From Deltaproteobacteria bacterium (GTDB taxonomy: Bacteria; JAEEML01), in contig JAEEML010000025.1 in NCBI GenBank assembly GCA_016283195.1, positions 1 through 55,351 on the forward strand: DNA of 55,351 bases, read 5' to 3'. Shown here one piece after another: positions 1 through 8,537 of the stretch. Numbering within the stretch: position 1 is the first letter of the stretch; each line of letters starts with the position of its first letter. Position numbers and translations under genes: made by a program. The notes under the pieces were generated by a model. That model ran no database searches and was not told the DNA's origin. It was given only the letters and a program-made list of their open reading frames with translations.

Positions 1-221
1 ATAATACCGTTGAGCTCCGCTTCTTTAGCTGTCGCCGCTTCCTGAGTAGCAGTTAAGTTGTTATTCAGCTCATTAATGGATTCATCGCGCTCAGCGATAA
101 TGCCATTGAGCTCCGCTTCTTTAGCTGTTGCCGCTTCCTGAGTAGCAGTTAAGTTGTTATTCAGCTCATTGATAGATTCATCGCGCTCAGCGATAATACC
201 GTTGAGCTCCGCTTCTTTAGC
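1..221. repeat. 96-bp coding tandem repeat, about 2.3 copies visible
   Basis: Units start at 1, 97 and 193 (ataat[a/g]cc[g/a]ttgagctccgcttctttagc...). They are near-identical. Confidence 0.95.
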
Positions 222-1043
222 GGCAGCGGCAGATTCGGTATCGCTCAGAATAGTTTTGGTATCATTTAACTCGGTAGTTAAATTGGCAATTTTATCATCG
301 CGGGTAGCAATTTCGCTGGTGGCTTGATTACGCAACTGGTTAAAAGCCTGTTCAGCCATCTCCATCTTTTTGATGGTGTCTTGCTCTTTTTCGGCCAGAG
401 TATTTTGTAATTCGGCAATTTCGTTGTCTTTGGTCTCGCGCAAACTGGCTATATCGGCTTCAAGTTGCTCAATAGTGGCTTGGCGACTTTCCAAATCAGC
501 GGTAGTTTCTTGTCTATACGCGCTATAAGCAGTGCGCACCTGATTCAAATCATTTTCAATCGAGGCTATACGCGCATCTCTTGAAGAGAGCATTTGATCG
601 GCATTATCAAATTCGCGCTGTTTTACTTGCCAGATTTGCGCAATAATAGCCAGATCGCGTTCGCGCTCATGGAGTTTTTCACGCAGTTGTTGGATTTTGG
701 CATCCGGGCCATCAAGGTGAGTTTTGGCCGGACGCGGCGGCGGCGCACTGGTGTTCACTCCGCGCACTGAAGTAAAAACACGTTGCAAGAAGGCCAAATC
801 TTCGGCTGTTACTTCTGATTTTATAACAGAATCTTCGCCACCTTGGCGCCGCGGCGGTGGTTTGGGACCACTGCTGATAGGCGGCGGCACAGCCGGCCCG
901 GCGGGAATGGCTTCAATAGCCTCAATTTCTTCTATCTCTTCCAACTCTTCCGTGCCAGGCCGTGAGGGCTCCTCCTCTAAGTTATCAAGAGCGGAAAAAT
1001 CATCACCGGATAGTGCATCAAGTTCATTGTCAATGTCACTCAT
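1..1043 (-). CDS. Large coiled-coil protein with acidic/Pro-rich N-terminus and 32-aa tandem repeats (3' end runs off the window)
   Basis: Translated by hand: ATG at 1043 preceded by GAGGTGG, then MSDIDNELDALSGDDF...KIQQLREKLHERERDL...AKEAELNGIIAERDESINELNNNLTATQEA. The frame is open to position 1. It is missing from the ORF track because there is no stop codon. Confidence 0.85.
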   Translation of the reverse strand, partial: MSDIDNELDALSGDDFSALDNLEEEPSRPGTEELEEIEEIEAIEAIPAGPAVPPPISSGPKPPPRRQGGEDSVIKSEVTAEDLAFLQRVFTSVRGVNTSAPPPRPAKTHLDGPDAKIQQLREKLHERERDLAIIAQIWQVKQREFDNADQMLSSRDARIASIENDLNQVRTAYSAYRQETTADLESRQATIEQLEADIASLRETKDNEIAELQNTLAEKEQDTIKKMEMAEQAFNQLRNQATSEIATRDDKIANLTTELNDTKTILSDTESAAAAKEAELNGIIAERDESINELNNNLTATQEAATAKEAELNGIIAERDESINELNNNLTATQEAATAKEAELNGI

Positions 1044-1083
1044 AAAACCACCTCTATTCTAGTTACTAATATCTTAGTGTTTC

Positions 1084-1512
1084 TTAATATTTATCTTCTG
1101 TCGGCTTAATAGCCAGAGCCTCAATAGCTATCTGGGCTTCGGCCGGCAGGGCAGCTACTCCGATGATGGATATAGCCGGAAAAGAGCCGGGAGCAAAATA
1201 TTTGTGCATAATTGGATATAGTGCTTTTTCGTTTTTAATATCAGTAAGATATACTCTGACTTGTGCTAGTTCGGTTGGGGCAAAACCGCCATCTTTTACC
1301 AGGTTAATAAGGTTATTGAGCACTGTTTCGGCCTGTTTGTTAAAATCCGGGCCGACAAGTCTCCCGGCTGTTACAAATGGCAGTTGCTGGCTGATAAAAA
1401 GCATTTTATCGGGGAGATCTGCCAATAAGGCCTGCGGGCCGACTCCCAAAGAAGGGGGAGTGCGCCGTGATTGTATTGCCTGATGTGTTTTGCTCTTGGG
1501 ACCTACTGCCAT
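1084..1512 (-). CDS. Rid/YjgF/YER057c/UK114 family protein, atypical
   Basis: Motifs LFISQQL, QAETVLNNL, VRVYLTD, FPAIS.IGVAALP..AQIAIEALA. Start moved to ATG 1512, which follows GGAGG. Confidence 0.85.
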   Translation of the reverse strand: MAVGPKSKTHQAIQSRRTPPSLGVGPQALLADLPDKMLFISQQLPFVTAGRLVGPDFNKQAETVLNNLINLVKDGGFAPTELAQVRVYLTDIKNEKALYPIMHKYFAPGSFPAISIIGVAALPAEAQIAIEALAIKPTEDKY

Positions 1513-1658
1513 CTTATCCTCCATGCAGTAAAAAACCGTGCGCATTATATTTTAAGAAATTGCGCTTGTCGATAGTCAGTAACGAGCTTTTTTGCTAAAT
1601 TGTGAGCCTCTTTTATGGCTGTTTTGAATTGTTTTTGCGAAAAACAATTAATCAGTGC

Positions 1659-1687
1659 TTGACATTTAACAGCACCGCTACTACTAT
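1659..1687 (+). promoter_or_regulatory. sigma70-type promoter for yceD-rpmF
   Basis: TTGACA (1659-1664), 17-bp spacer, TACTAT (1682-1687), about 30 bp before the yceD ATG. Confidence 0.75.
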
Positions 1688-1716
1688 TCCTGGCCGCAAA
1701 GGAGTGGAAAATAGCT

Positions 1717-2262
1717 ATGTTTTCCATATATGCACATGAAATCGGTGAAGAAGGCCTGGAGCACGAGGAAGAGCTCTCTTCTGAAGACCTCGCTGTTATT
1801 GCCGAAAATGACGTTGTTTATAAGCCTTTAGGCGGGTGGCTTAAAGTAAAATTAAGCCGCGTGGATGACTATATTCGGGTGAATGGCACTATAGAAGCTC
1901 AGGTTGAAGCTACTTGTGTGAGTTGCCTGGACACCTTTAAAGTAGAGCAAAAATTGCCTCTTGAGCTTTTTCTCTCTCCCGGCGAAGATATTGATGAAGC
2001 TTCAGCCGATGAAGAAGAAATTTTGGTTGAGGATGAAAAGAGCGGCATTGACCACTATAATCCTGAAGAACCGATAGAAATAGGGCGGATGGCTATTGAA
2101 CTTTTGTGTATCGCTTTGCCGATGCATCCGCGTTGTAAAGAAGATTGCAAAGGCCTTTGTCAGGAATGTGGGGCCAATTTGAATCACGAAACATGTAACT
2201 GTCGCCATATTGCCGACCCACGTTGGCATGCATTGGCGAATATTAAATTAGATAATAAATAA
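1717..2262 (+). CDS. yceD: YceD/DUF177 family 23S rRNA accumulation protein
   Basis: CVSCL and ALPMHPRCKEDCKGLCQECGANLN...DPRWHAL motifs; lies upstream of rpmF. Confidence 0.9.
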   Translation: MFSIYAHEIGEEGLEHEEELSSEDLAVIAENDVVYKPLGGWLKVKLSRVDDYIRVNGTIEAQVEATCVSCLDTFKVEQKLPLELFLSPGEDIDEASADEEEILVEDEKSGIDHYNPEEPIEIGRMAIELLCIALPMHPRCKEDCKGLCQECGANLNHETCNCRHIADPRWHALANIKLDNK

Positions 2263-2290
2263 GCGTCATTAACGCATCTAGGAGGAGAAA

Positions 2291-2473
2291 ATGCCAGTAC
2301 CAAGAAGACGTAAATCACATGCTCGTAGCCGCACCCGCAAGGCGCATGACTTTTTAACCGCTGGCCGGGCGGTGACTTGTCCGCAATGTCAGAGCCCCAT
2401 GCGTCTGCACCGTGTTTGCATGGAATGTGGCTACTATATGCACAAACCGGTTATTGAAGTCCAAGAAAAGTAA
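2291..2473 (+). CDS. rpmF: 50S ribosomal protein L32
   Basis: MPVPRRRKSHAR...CPQC...HRVCMECGYY; strong AGGAG RBS. Confidence 0.97.
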   Translation: MPVPRRRKSHARSRTRKAHDFLTAGRAVTCPQCQSPMRLHRVCMECGYYMHKPVIEVQEK

Positions 2474-2494
2474 TTATCTGATTTCATTAACAAA

Positions 2495-3028
2495 ATGAGC
2501 CATCCTGAAGCAGCCCCAGTTTTGGCAAAATTGCTCTTTGCTGTACTTTATAGCGATGAGAGTGAGTGCCAAAAAGCCAGGGAGCTGCTTGAGGAGGCTT
2601 ATGGCTCCATAGACTCCCGGAGCGCCCCCTATCCATTTGCCGATACTGATTATTATGCCGCGGAAATGGGTGAGGGGCTTAAGCGTATCTTTTTTGCCGT
2701 GGAAAAACTGTTTCCCCCGGAAAATCTGCCGTCTGTCAAGCATAATTGTGCAAAAATAGAACAGGAACTCAGCAATTCCGGTTGCCGCGTGGTGAATATC
2801 GACCCCGGTTATTTGGACCTTGGAAAATACGTGCTGGCCTCTTACAAACCGGCACCCACCAAACTTTACCTTGGTGCCGGTGTTTATGCCGATGTGACAC
2901 TCCTTTTTCAAAATCGCACATTTTCGCCGCTGCCCTGGTCTTTCCCGGATTTTAGAAGCGGCATTTATAATGAATATTTGCTAAAATTACGCTATGAATA
3001 TCGTCGCCAAAGAAGAGAATATTTGTGA
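2495..3028 (+). CDS. DUF4416 family protein
   Basis: TDYYAAEMG, RVVNIDPGYL, VLASYK, YLGAGVYAD, PWSFPDF motifs. Confidence 0.85.
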   Translation: MSHPEAAPVLAKLLFAVLYSDESECQKARELLEEAYGSIDSRSAPYPFADTDYYAAEMGEGLKRIFFAVEKLFPPENLPSVKHNCAKIEQELSNSGCRVVNIDPGYLDLGKYVLASYKPAPTKLYLGAGVYADVTLLFQNRTFSPLPWSFPDFRSGIYNEYLLKLRYEYRRQRREYL

Positions 3029-3056
3029 TTAATTACCGCTAAATATTGGAGTAATT

Positions 3057-4529
3057 ATGAATTATCATCCTCTTGTTTACGAGGTGCAGACCAGGTGTTG
3101 GCTACGTGAGCTTTCTCCTAAAAGTGAGCTTATCAGTTTGGCTAATGTGCCGGATGAAGCGCTTTCAGCTATAAAAGCCCAAGGTGCCGATTATCTCTGG
3201 CTCATGGGCGTCTGGCAAACCGGGAAAGCCGGGCGCCTTGAAGCGCTTAATCATCCTGATTTGCAGCAATCCTACCGTGAGGCACTGGCGGATTTTGTAC
3301 CGGCTGATGTGGTCGGCTCGCCTTATGCTGTGGCGGCTTACCGTGTCTCGCGTGATTTTGGTGGTGATAAGGCGCTTAAAAAATTTAGAGAACGCCTTAA
3401 AGTTCATGGACTTAAACTTATTCTTGATTTTGTTCCCAATCATGTGGCACTTGATAATGAATGGGTTGGTGAGCATCCGAATTATTTTATTGAAGGCATA
3501 GCCGATGATGCTGCAAATGGTCTGGGGCGCAAAGTGGCCACCAGGGAGGGCGAAAAGGTTTTTCTCCATGGCCGCGATCCGTACTTCCCACCCTGGACCG
3601 ATACTTTTGAGCTGAACTGGAGCGAGCCGGAGCTCATAAAAGAGCTCACTAAATTGCTTTTGCGCTTGGCTACCATGTGTGACGGTTTGCGCTGCGATAT
3701 GGCTATGCTGCTCCTTAAAAAAGTTTTTGCCAAGACTTGGGGGAGAGAAATTACCGGCACCGAAGAGCCGTGGCATAAACTCATAAGCGCAGTAAAAAAA
3801 GAGTTTCCTTCGTTTCTCTTTTTGGCCGAGGCCTATTGGAATATGGAGTGGGATCTCACAGAACAAGGCTTTGACTACGTTTACGATAAACGCCTTTATG
3901 ACCGCCTTTTGCACGGCGATGCCGCTTCTTTACGAGCGCATCTTTCTATGACGAGCGATTTTCATCGCAAACAGCTCCGTTTTTTGGAAAATCACGATGA
4001 ACCGCGGGCCGCCGGTGCTTTTTCTCTTGAGCGCCACAAAGCAGCTCTGGTTATCCTTTCCGGACTTCCGGGAATGTGGCTTTTGCATCATCATGAGGCC
4101 GATGGGGCGCAGATTAAATTGCCAGTGCAACTGGCGCGTTATCCTCATGAAGAAGTAAATCAAGAACTACATGAATTTTATCAAAAAATACTTACTATAA
4201 CCGCTAATATATCAAAAGGCTGCCGCTGGGTATTATTACCTGTGCGCAGGGCGTGGGAGGAAAATTACACCGCTTACCAATTTATTGCTTATGCTTTGAT
4301 TGCTGACGGCCAAATAAAAAATATTGTTGCCGTTAATTTTGCGGAGCGGGGCGGAGAGTGCTATCTTGATTTGGGAGAGTTTGAACTTTTGGAGAAAAAA
4401 TATAAATTATTCGATATGTTAGCTGGAGTAGAATATGAACGCGACGGTGACGAATTGCGCCAGAAAGGTCTTTATATTTCCTTGCCACCTTGCGGTTTCC
4501 ATTATTTTGCTGTTGTCTATGGGGATTAA
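3057..4529 (+). CDS. GH13 alpha-amylase family glycosidase
   Basis: GH13 conserved regions: LDFVPNH, GLRCDMA (nucleophile), LAEAYW (acid/base), FLENHDE. Confidence 0.92.
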   Translation: MNYHPLVYEVQTRCWLRELSPKSELISLANVPDEALSAIKAQGADYLWLMGVWQTGKAGRLEALNHPDLQQSYREALADFVPADVVGSPYAVAAYRVSRDFGGDKALKKFRERLKVHGLKLILDFVPNHVALDNEWVGEHPNYFIEGIADDAANGLGRKVATREGEKVFLHGRDPYFPPWTDTFELNWSEPELIKELTKLLLRLATMCDGLRCDMAMLLLKKVFAKTWGREITGTEEPWHKLISAVKKEFPSFLFLAEAYWNMEWDLTEQGFDYVYDKRLYDRLLHGDAASLRAHLSMTSDFHRKQLRFLENHDEPRAAGAFSLERHKAALVILSGLPGMWLLHHHEADGAQIKLPVQLARYPHEEVNQELHEFYQKILTITANISKGCRWVLLPVRRAWEENYTAYQFIAYALIADGQIKNIVAVNFAERGGECYLDLGEFELLEKKYKLFDMLAGVEYERDGDELRQKGLYISLPPCGFHYFAVVYGD

Positions 4530-4639
4530 ACTGTGCTAGAAGGTACCGTTGACTCTTGGTTTTGAGACTCTCATAAGAGTTCAAACATTGAGTAGCAATA
4601 GAGGCCTTGTTGGTGACGGTGCCTCGTTTGGGGTTATAC

Positions 4640-5503
4640 ATGAATTTAAGATTAACCGGTTTTTTCTGTGTGGCGGTACTTATTTCCATGCAGTTAGCTC
4701 TGCCTGCCCATGCCCAGACAGAGGAAGAGCTCTTAGGCGGTCTTCCTACTGAGGAACCTGCCGAAAATCCTGCTCCCAGAGCTTCCAAGGCCTCAGCTAA
4801 AGAAGATGAAAAAGCTGAAGCGGCGGAAGTGAAAGACGACAAAGCTGCCAACGATAAGGCCGAAGCCGCCGAGAAGCAGGAAAAGAAGAAAAAAGAAGAG
4901 CTTGAATCGCGCAAAGATATCATCAAAAGTGTGCAGCGCCGGCCTGTTTTGAAGAAACATCGCTTGGAGCTTAATGTCTTCGGCGCTATGACTATTAACG
5001 ATCCGCTCTATTTGACGTTTGCTTTACAAGGCAGCGCCCACTTCTTCTTGGCTGAATCGCTTTCAATCGGTGTTGGTATTGCTTACCTTTTTGATGCTGT
5101 TACTCTTGGCGGCGTGGCTGATGTGCGGCGTAGCGAACGCGCTGTTCCTTCGGTCTTTGAACGCCCGAATATGGCTGGCACCATCGAGATGACTTTTAAC
5201 CCGCTTTATGGCAAAGTGTCATTCCATAATGCTGCTATCGGTCATGTTGATACTTACCTTATCGGCGGCTTCGGCGGTGTTTTTAATTTTCACAAAACCG
5301 GGCGCCCTGCCGGTGTTATCGGCATTGGCCAGCGCTTTAATTTACTCAGCTGGCTCAATATTAAATGGGAACTACGCGATTATATTTTCAATGATACCAT
5401 CGAGAGTAATTATGGCACCAATTCTGATATTCAAAACTACTTCATGCTGAATATCGGGGTTGGCTTCTTTATCCCTCCAACTTTTTCTTATAAAATAAGG
5501 TGA
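4640..5503 (+). CDS. Outer-membrane beta-barrel protein, myxobacterial gliding GltA/GltB-like (GltB by synteny)
   Basis: Signal peptide (AHA-Q), IKSVQRRPVLKKHRLEL, TINDP, PLYGK motifs and C-terminal GFFIPPTFSY. It is paralogous to the next gene and lies upstream of gltC. Confidence 0.8.
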   Translation: MNLRLTGFFCVAVLISMQLALPAHAQTEEELLGGLPTEEPAENPAPRASKASAKEDEKAEAAEVKDDKAANDKAEAAEKQEKKKKEELESRKDIIKSVQRRPVLKKHRLELNVFGAMTINDPLYLTFALQGSAHFFLAESLSIGVGIAYLFDAVTLGGVADVRRSERAVPSVFERPNMAGTIEMTFNPLYGKVSFHNAAIGHVDTYLIGGFGGVFNFHKTGRPAGVIGIGQRFNLLSWLNIKWELRDYIFNDTIESNYGTNSDIQNYFMLNIGVGFFIPPTFSYKIR

Positions 5504-5514
5504 GGTGCAATAGT

Positions 5515-6396
5515 ATGAACCGTACACACCGTATTTATAATATAATTTCTTTGGCTACCTGTGCACTATTTTTGCTGGCAAGCCAAAATGCCGAAGCTCG
5601 CAGACGTACTCCCACAGCCAAACCGGCCGCCGCGGCAACAGTAGAAAGCCGTTCCGGTTTGGAAGGTGAAGAAGAACAGCAGGGCGAAGCAAAAGATCCA
5701 GCTGCCAGGGCTGAATCTGCCAGAGCCGATGAAGAAGCTGCTGCCGAAGTTGCCGAGAAAAAAGCCAAGACTTCTGTCGGTGTTCCGCTTTCTCAGCGCA
5801 TTAAGGCGGTTACCAGTCAATCGTTTATTCACAAAAAACGCTTTTTAATCGGGCCGGTTATCGGCACAACCATCAATGACCCGTTTTATGCCAGCTTGGC
5901 ACTTGGGCTGAATGCCGGTTTTTATGTTACCGAGCATTTGCTTATTGGTCTTAGCGGTGAATTTTTGCCGGTCAATGGGCCAACTAATCTGGTTAAAGTT
6001 GTGGGGCGTGCCGAAGGTAAAGAGGCCGCTCATTACTATGCCCCGATGTATTTTGCTTATGTGGATGTTAACTGGGTGCCTTTCTACGGCAAAATGTCCA
6101 TAATGGCCGAAGGCGTTTTGCATTATGATTTTTATCTTGTGGGCGGTCTTGGTATCGCCGGTATGCGCTCGACTGATGAAAATGTTGATTACCCGCCACT
6201 TAGTATGTCTGGTAAGTTGGGTATCGGCGCTCATCTTTTTGTTAATAAATGGATTGGTATTCGCGTTGAATTAACCGATCGTATCTCTTACGGCGCGCGC
6301 TACATAGGTGATGTACCTGGTAAAGAAGAGGCCAGTATACAAAATATTATTGGGCTCACTGTCGGCGCTGATTTTCTATTTCCCAGAAGCTGGTAA
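5515..6396 (+). CDS. Outer-membrane beta-barrel protein, GltA/GltB-like (GltA by synteny)
   Basis: Signal peptide; RIKAVTSQSFIHKKRF, TINDPFY, WVPFYGKMS, YDFYLVGGLG motifs. ATG 5515 follows GAGGTG. Confidence 0.8.
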   Translation: MNRTHRIYNIISLATCALFLLASQNAEARRRTPTAKPAAAATVESRSGLEGEEEQQGEAKDPAARAESARADEEAAAEVAEKKAKTSVGVPLSQRIKAVTSQSFIHKKRFLIGPVIGTTINDPFYASLALGLNAGFYVTEHLLIGLSGEFLPVNGPTNLVKVVGRAEGKEAAHYYAPMYFAYVDVNWVPFYGKMSIMAEGVLHYDFYLVGGLGIAGMRSTDENVDYPPLSMSGKLGIGAHLFVNKWIGIRVELTDRISYGARYIGDVPGKEEASIQNIIGLTVGADFLFPRSW

Positions 6397-6408
6397 GTGA
6401 GGTTGGAT

Positions 6409-8523
6409 ATGTATATGAATAAAGCGGCATATTTCCAATTTCTGCGTATTGTGACTGTATCAGGGCTCGTAATGATCCCCTCTTTGGCTAAGGCTCAGGA
6501 TATGAGCGGCGATATGGGTTTTTCTCTTGACCTAAATGCCCCGGCCGGTGATAGCGGCGGCTTTGCTATTGATCTTGGCAGCGCCCCAAGTTCCGATGCC
6601 GGCAATAGCGGTGGTATCAGTATAGACCTTGGTAGCGGTACTATGGATGCCGGTAGTGATGGCGGCTTTGTTATCGACCTTGGTGATAGCGGCGATTTTT
6701 CCATCGGCGAAATAGATCTTGACTTTGGTTCCGGTGAAGAGGGCGATGGTCTTGATTTTGGCAGTATTGATATGTCTTCCATTTCCGAGATTAAGTCGGT
6801 GGAGCGGGAACAATACGAAGAAGCCTTGAAGCTTATGCGTAACGAGCGCTGGGAACTCGCTGCCGCCAAGTTCTTCCATATTTTAAATGATGATGCCTAT
6901 AAAGAGTTTTATTTTGAATCAGAATATCAATTGGCTAAAGCGCTCTATAAGATGAATCTCTTCCATCCCTCTTTGGAACGCTTTAAAGTGATTCTCAATA
7001 AAGGCCCTGAGCACCCGCGTTATAAAACATCCATTGAATGGGTTTTCTTTATTAGCCGTAAAATTGCCGATCAAAGCGAAGTTCTCAGAGAACTGGCTAA
7101 ATTCCGCAAAGTTACCTGGCCAAAGCAATATCGCAATGAGTATCGTTTCCTTTTGGCTAAGTATCTGTTTTCCCAAGCGCAAATTTTTGAAATTCAGCGC
7201 ATAAAAGACGAAGAAGCGGCAAAACGCAATAAAAAACGCCAAAAATCATTTGATTTCAAAGAGTTTGAAGAGCAACAGTCAGAAGATGACTGGGGCGAGA
7301 CCTTTGTTATTTCCACTGATGACGATGATGAAGATAATTCCTTTGATTTTGGTGAGATAGATCTCAGTGACGGTATGGTTTTTGATATAGAAACCGAAGG
7401 GCAAATGCGTGCCGAGACAGCTCCGTTGCCCACAACAGCTAAAGAAGCTATTGATTTAGCTTTGGAATTGCTTTCAAAAATTTCCGACAAGAGTCAGTTT
7501 AATGCCCAAGCACGTTATTTGGAAGGTCTTCTTCATTACCTGAGCGGCTCGCGCATGGATATTGAAACCAGTGTTAAATCTTTTGTGCAGGTTGTGCGTA
7601 TTTTAGATCCGCGTAAAGCTAAAAAGACTGACCCGGTTCTGCGGGAAGCCGCATTTTTGACACTAGCCAGAATTCACTATGAATTCCGCCAGTTTGACCG
7701 CAGTGTTTTCTATTATGATCGTATTAACCGCGATAGCGATGCCTGGCTCACCTCGCTTTTGGAATCCAGCTGGGCCTATTACCAACGCGGTGATTTTGAA
7801 AAGGCTTTAGGTAATCTTGTTACTCTGCATTCTCCGTTCTTTAATGATGAATATTTCCCGGAGTCCCAAATTTTGAGAGCTGTTATTTATTATGAAAATT
7901 GTCGTTTCCCGGAAACGCGTGAAATTGTTGAAAACTTTATGAAAGATGCCCGCCCGGTTTTGAAGTATTTGCAATCTTATGTAAAAGATAAACCGGATCC
8001 GGAAAAGCTCTATGAGCAAATTGATATGATGCTTAAATCAAAGCGCCGCCGCACTACCGATGAGCTGGCCAATAAAGTTATGCGTCTGGTGACTATGGAT
8101 CAAGATGTGGTTACCGCGCGTGAAAAGGTGGCGGAAATTGATAAGCAAATTGCTATATTAGATAAAAAATCCGATGATTTTAAGAGCACCAATATGTATG
8201 CTCAATTGATTGAGGAGCTGACATCTTTGCGTAAAGTGAGAATGCGTGAAGGCGGCCAGCTCTTAACAGAGCGTTTCAATAAAGAAATCAATGCCTTAAA
8301 GTCGCTTCTTTCTCAGGCTCTGAGTATTCGTATTGAAGTAAATAAACGTGAGCGCGAAATCATTCGTCAAAAAATGCTTGGTGAGGATGCTGGTGTTACT
8401 CAGCGTGCTTATGAGGCCTCTGTAGTAGTTGATGATGAACACCTTTATTGGCCTTATGATGAAGAATATTGGCGCGATGAACTTGGTACTTATGAATATA
8501 CTTTAAGCTGGGGTTGTAAGTAG
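6409..8523 (+). CDS. gltC: Adventurous gliding motility protein GltC (TPR)
   Basis: Signal peptide, TPR helices, ALGNLVTLHSPFF..EYFPES, IYYENCR and the characteristic C-terminus YWPYDEEYWRDELGTYEYTL..GC. Follows two OM barrels. Confidence 0.85.
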   Translation: MYMNKAAYFQFLRIVTVSGLVMIPSLAKAQDMSGDMGFSLDLNAPAGDSGGFAIDLGSAPSSDAGNSGGISIDLGSGTMDAGSDGGFVIDLGDSGDFSIGEIDLDFGSGEEGDGLDFGSIDMSSISEIKSVEREQYEEALKLMRNERWELAAAKFFHILNDDAYKEFYFESEYQLAKALYKMNLFHPSLERFKVILNKGPEHPRYKTSIEWVFFISRKIADQSEVLRELAKFRKVTWPKQYRNEYRFLLAKYLFSQAQIFEIQRIKDEEAAKRNKKRQKSFDFKEFEEQQSEDDWGETFVISTDDDDEDNSFDFGEIDLSDGMVFDIETEGQMRAETAPLPTTAKEAIDLALELLSKISDKSQFNAQARYLEGLLHYLSGSRMDIETSVKSFVQVVRILDPRKAKKTDPVLREAAFLTLARIHYEFRQFDRSVFYYDRINRDSDAWLTSLLESSWAYYQRGDFEKALGNLVTLHSPFFNDEYFPESQILRAVIYYENCRFPETREIVENFMKDARPVLKYLQSYVKDKPDPEKLYEQIDMMLKSKRRRTTDELANKVMRLVTMDQDVVTAREKVAEIDKQIAILDKKSDDFKSTNMYAQLIEELTSLRKVRMREGGQLLTERFNKEINALKSLLSQALSIRIEVNKREREIIRQKMLGEDAGVTQRAYEASVVVDDEHLYWPYDEEYWRDELGTYEYTLSWGCK

Positions 8524-8537
8524 TTTAGAGGTTTTTA

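Noticed and set aside
3165-3914. Long antisense and alternate-frame ORFs (e.g. 3165-3914, 724-1062, 4333-4926, 30465-31133, 34368-34928, 40181-40690, 54621-54899)
   Set aside because: They are shadows of well-supported genes on the opposite strand and have no motifs or RBS of their own.
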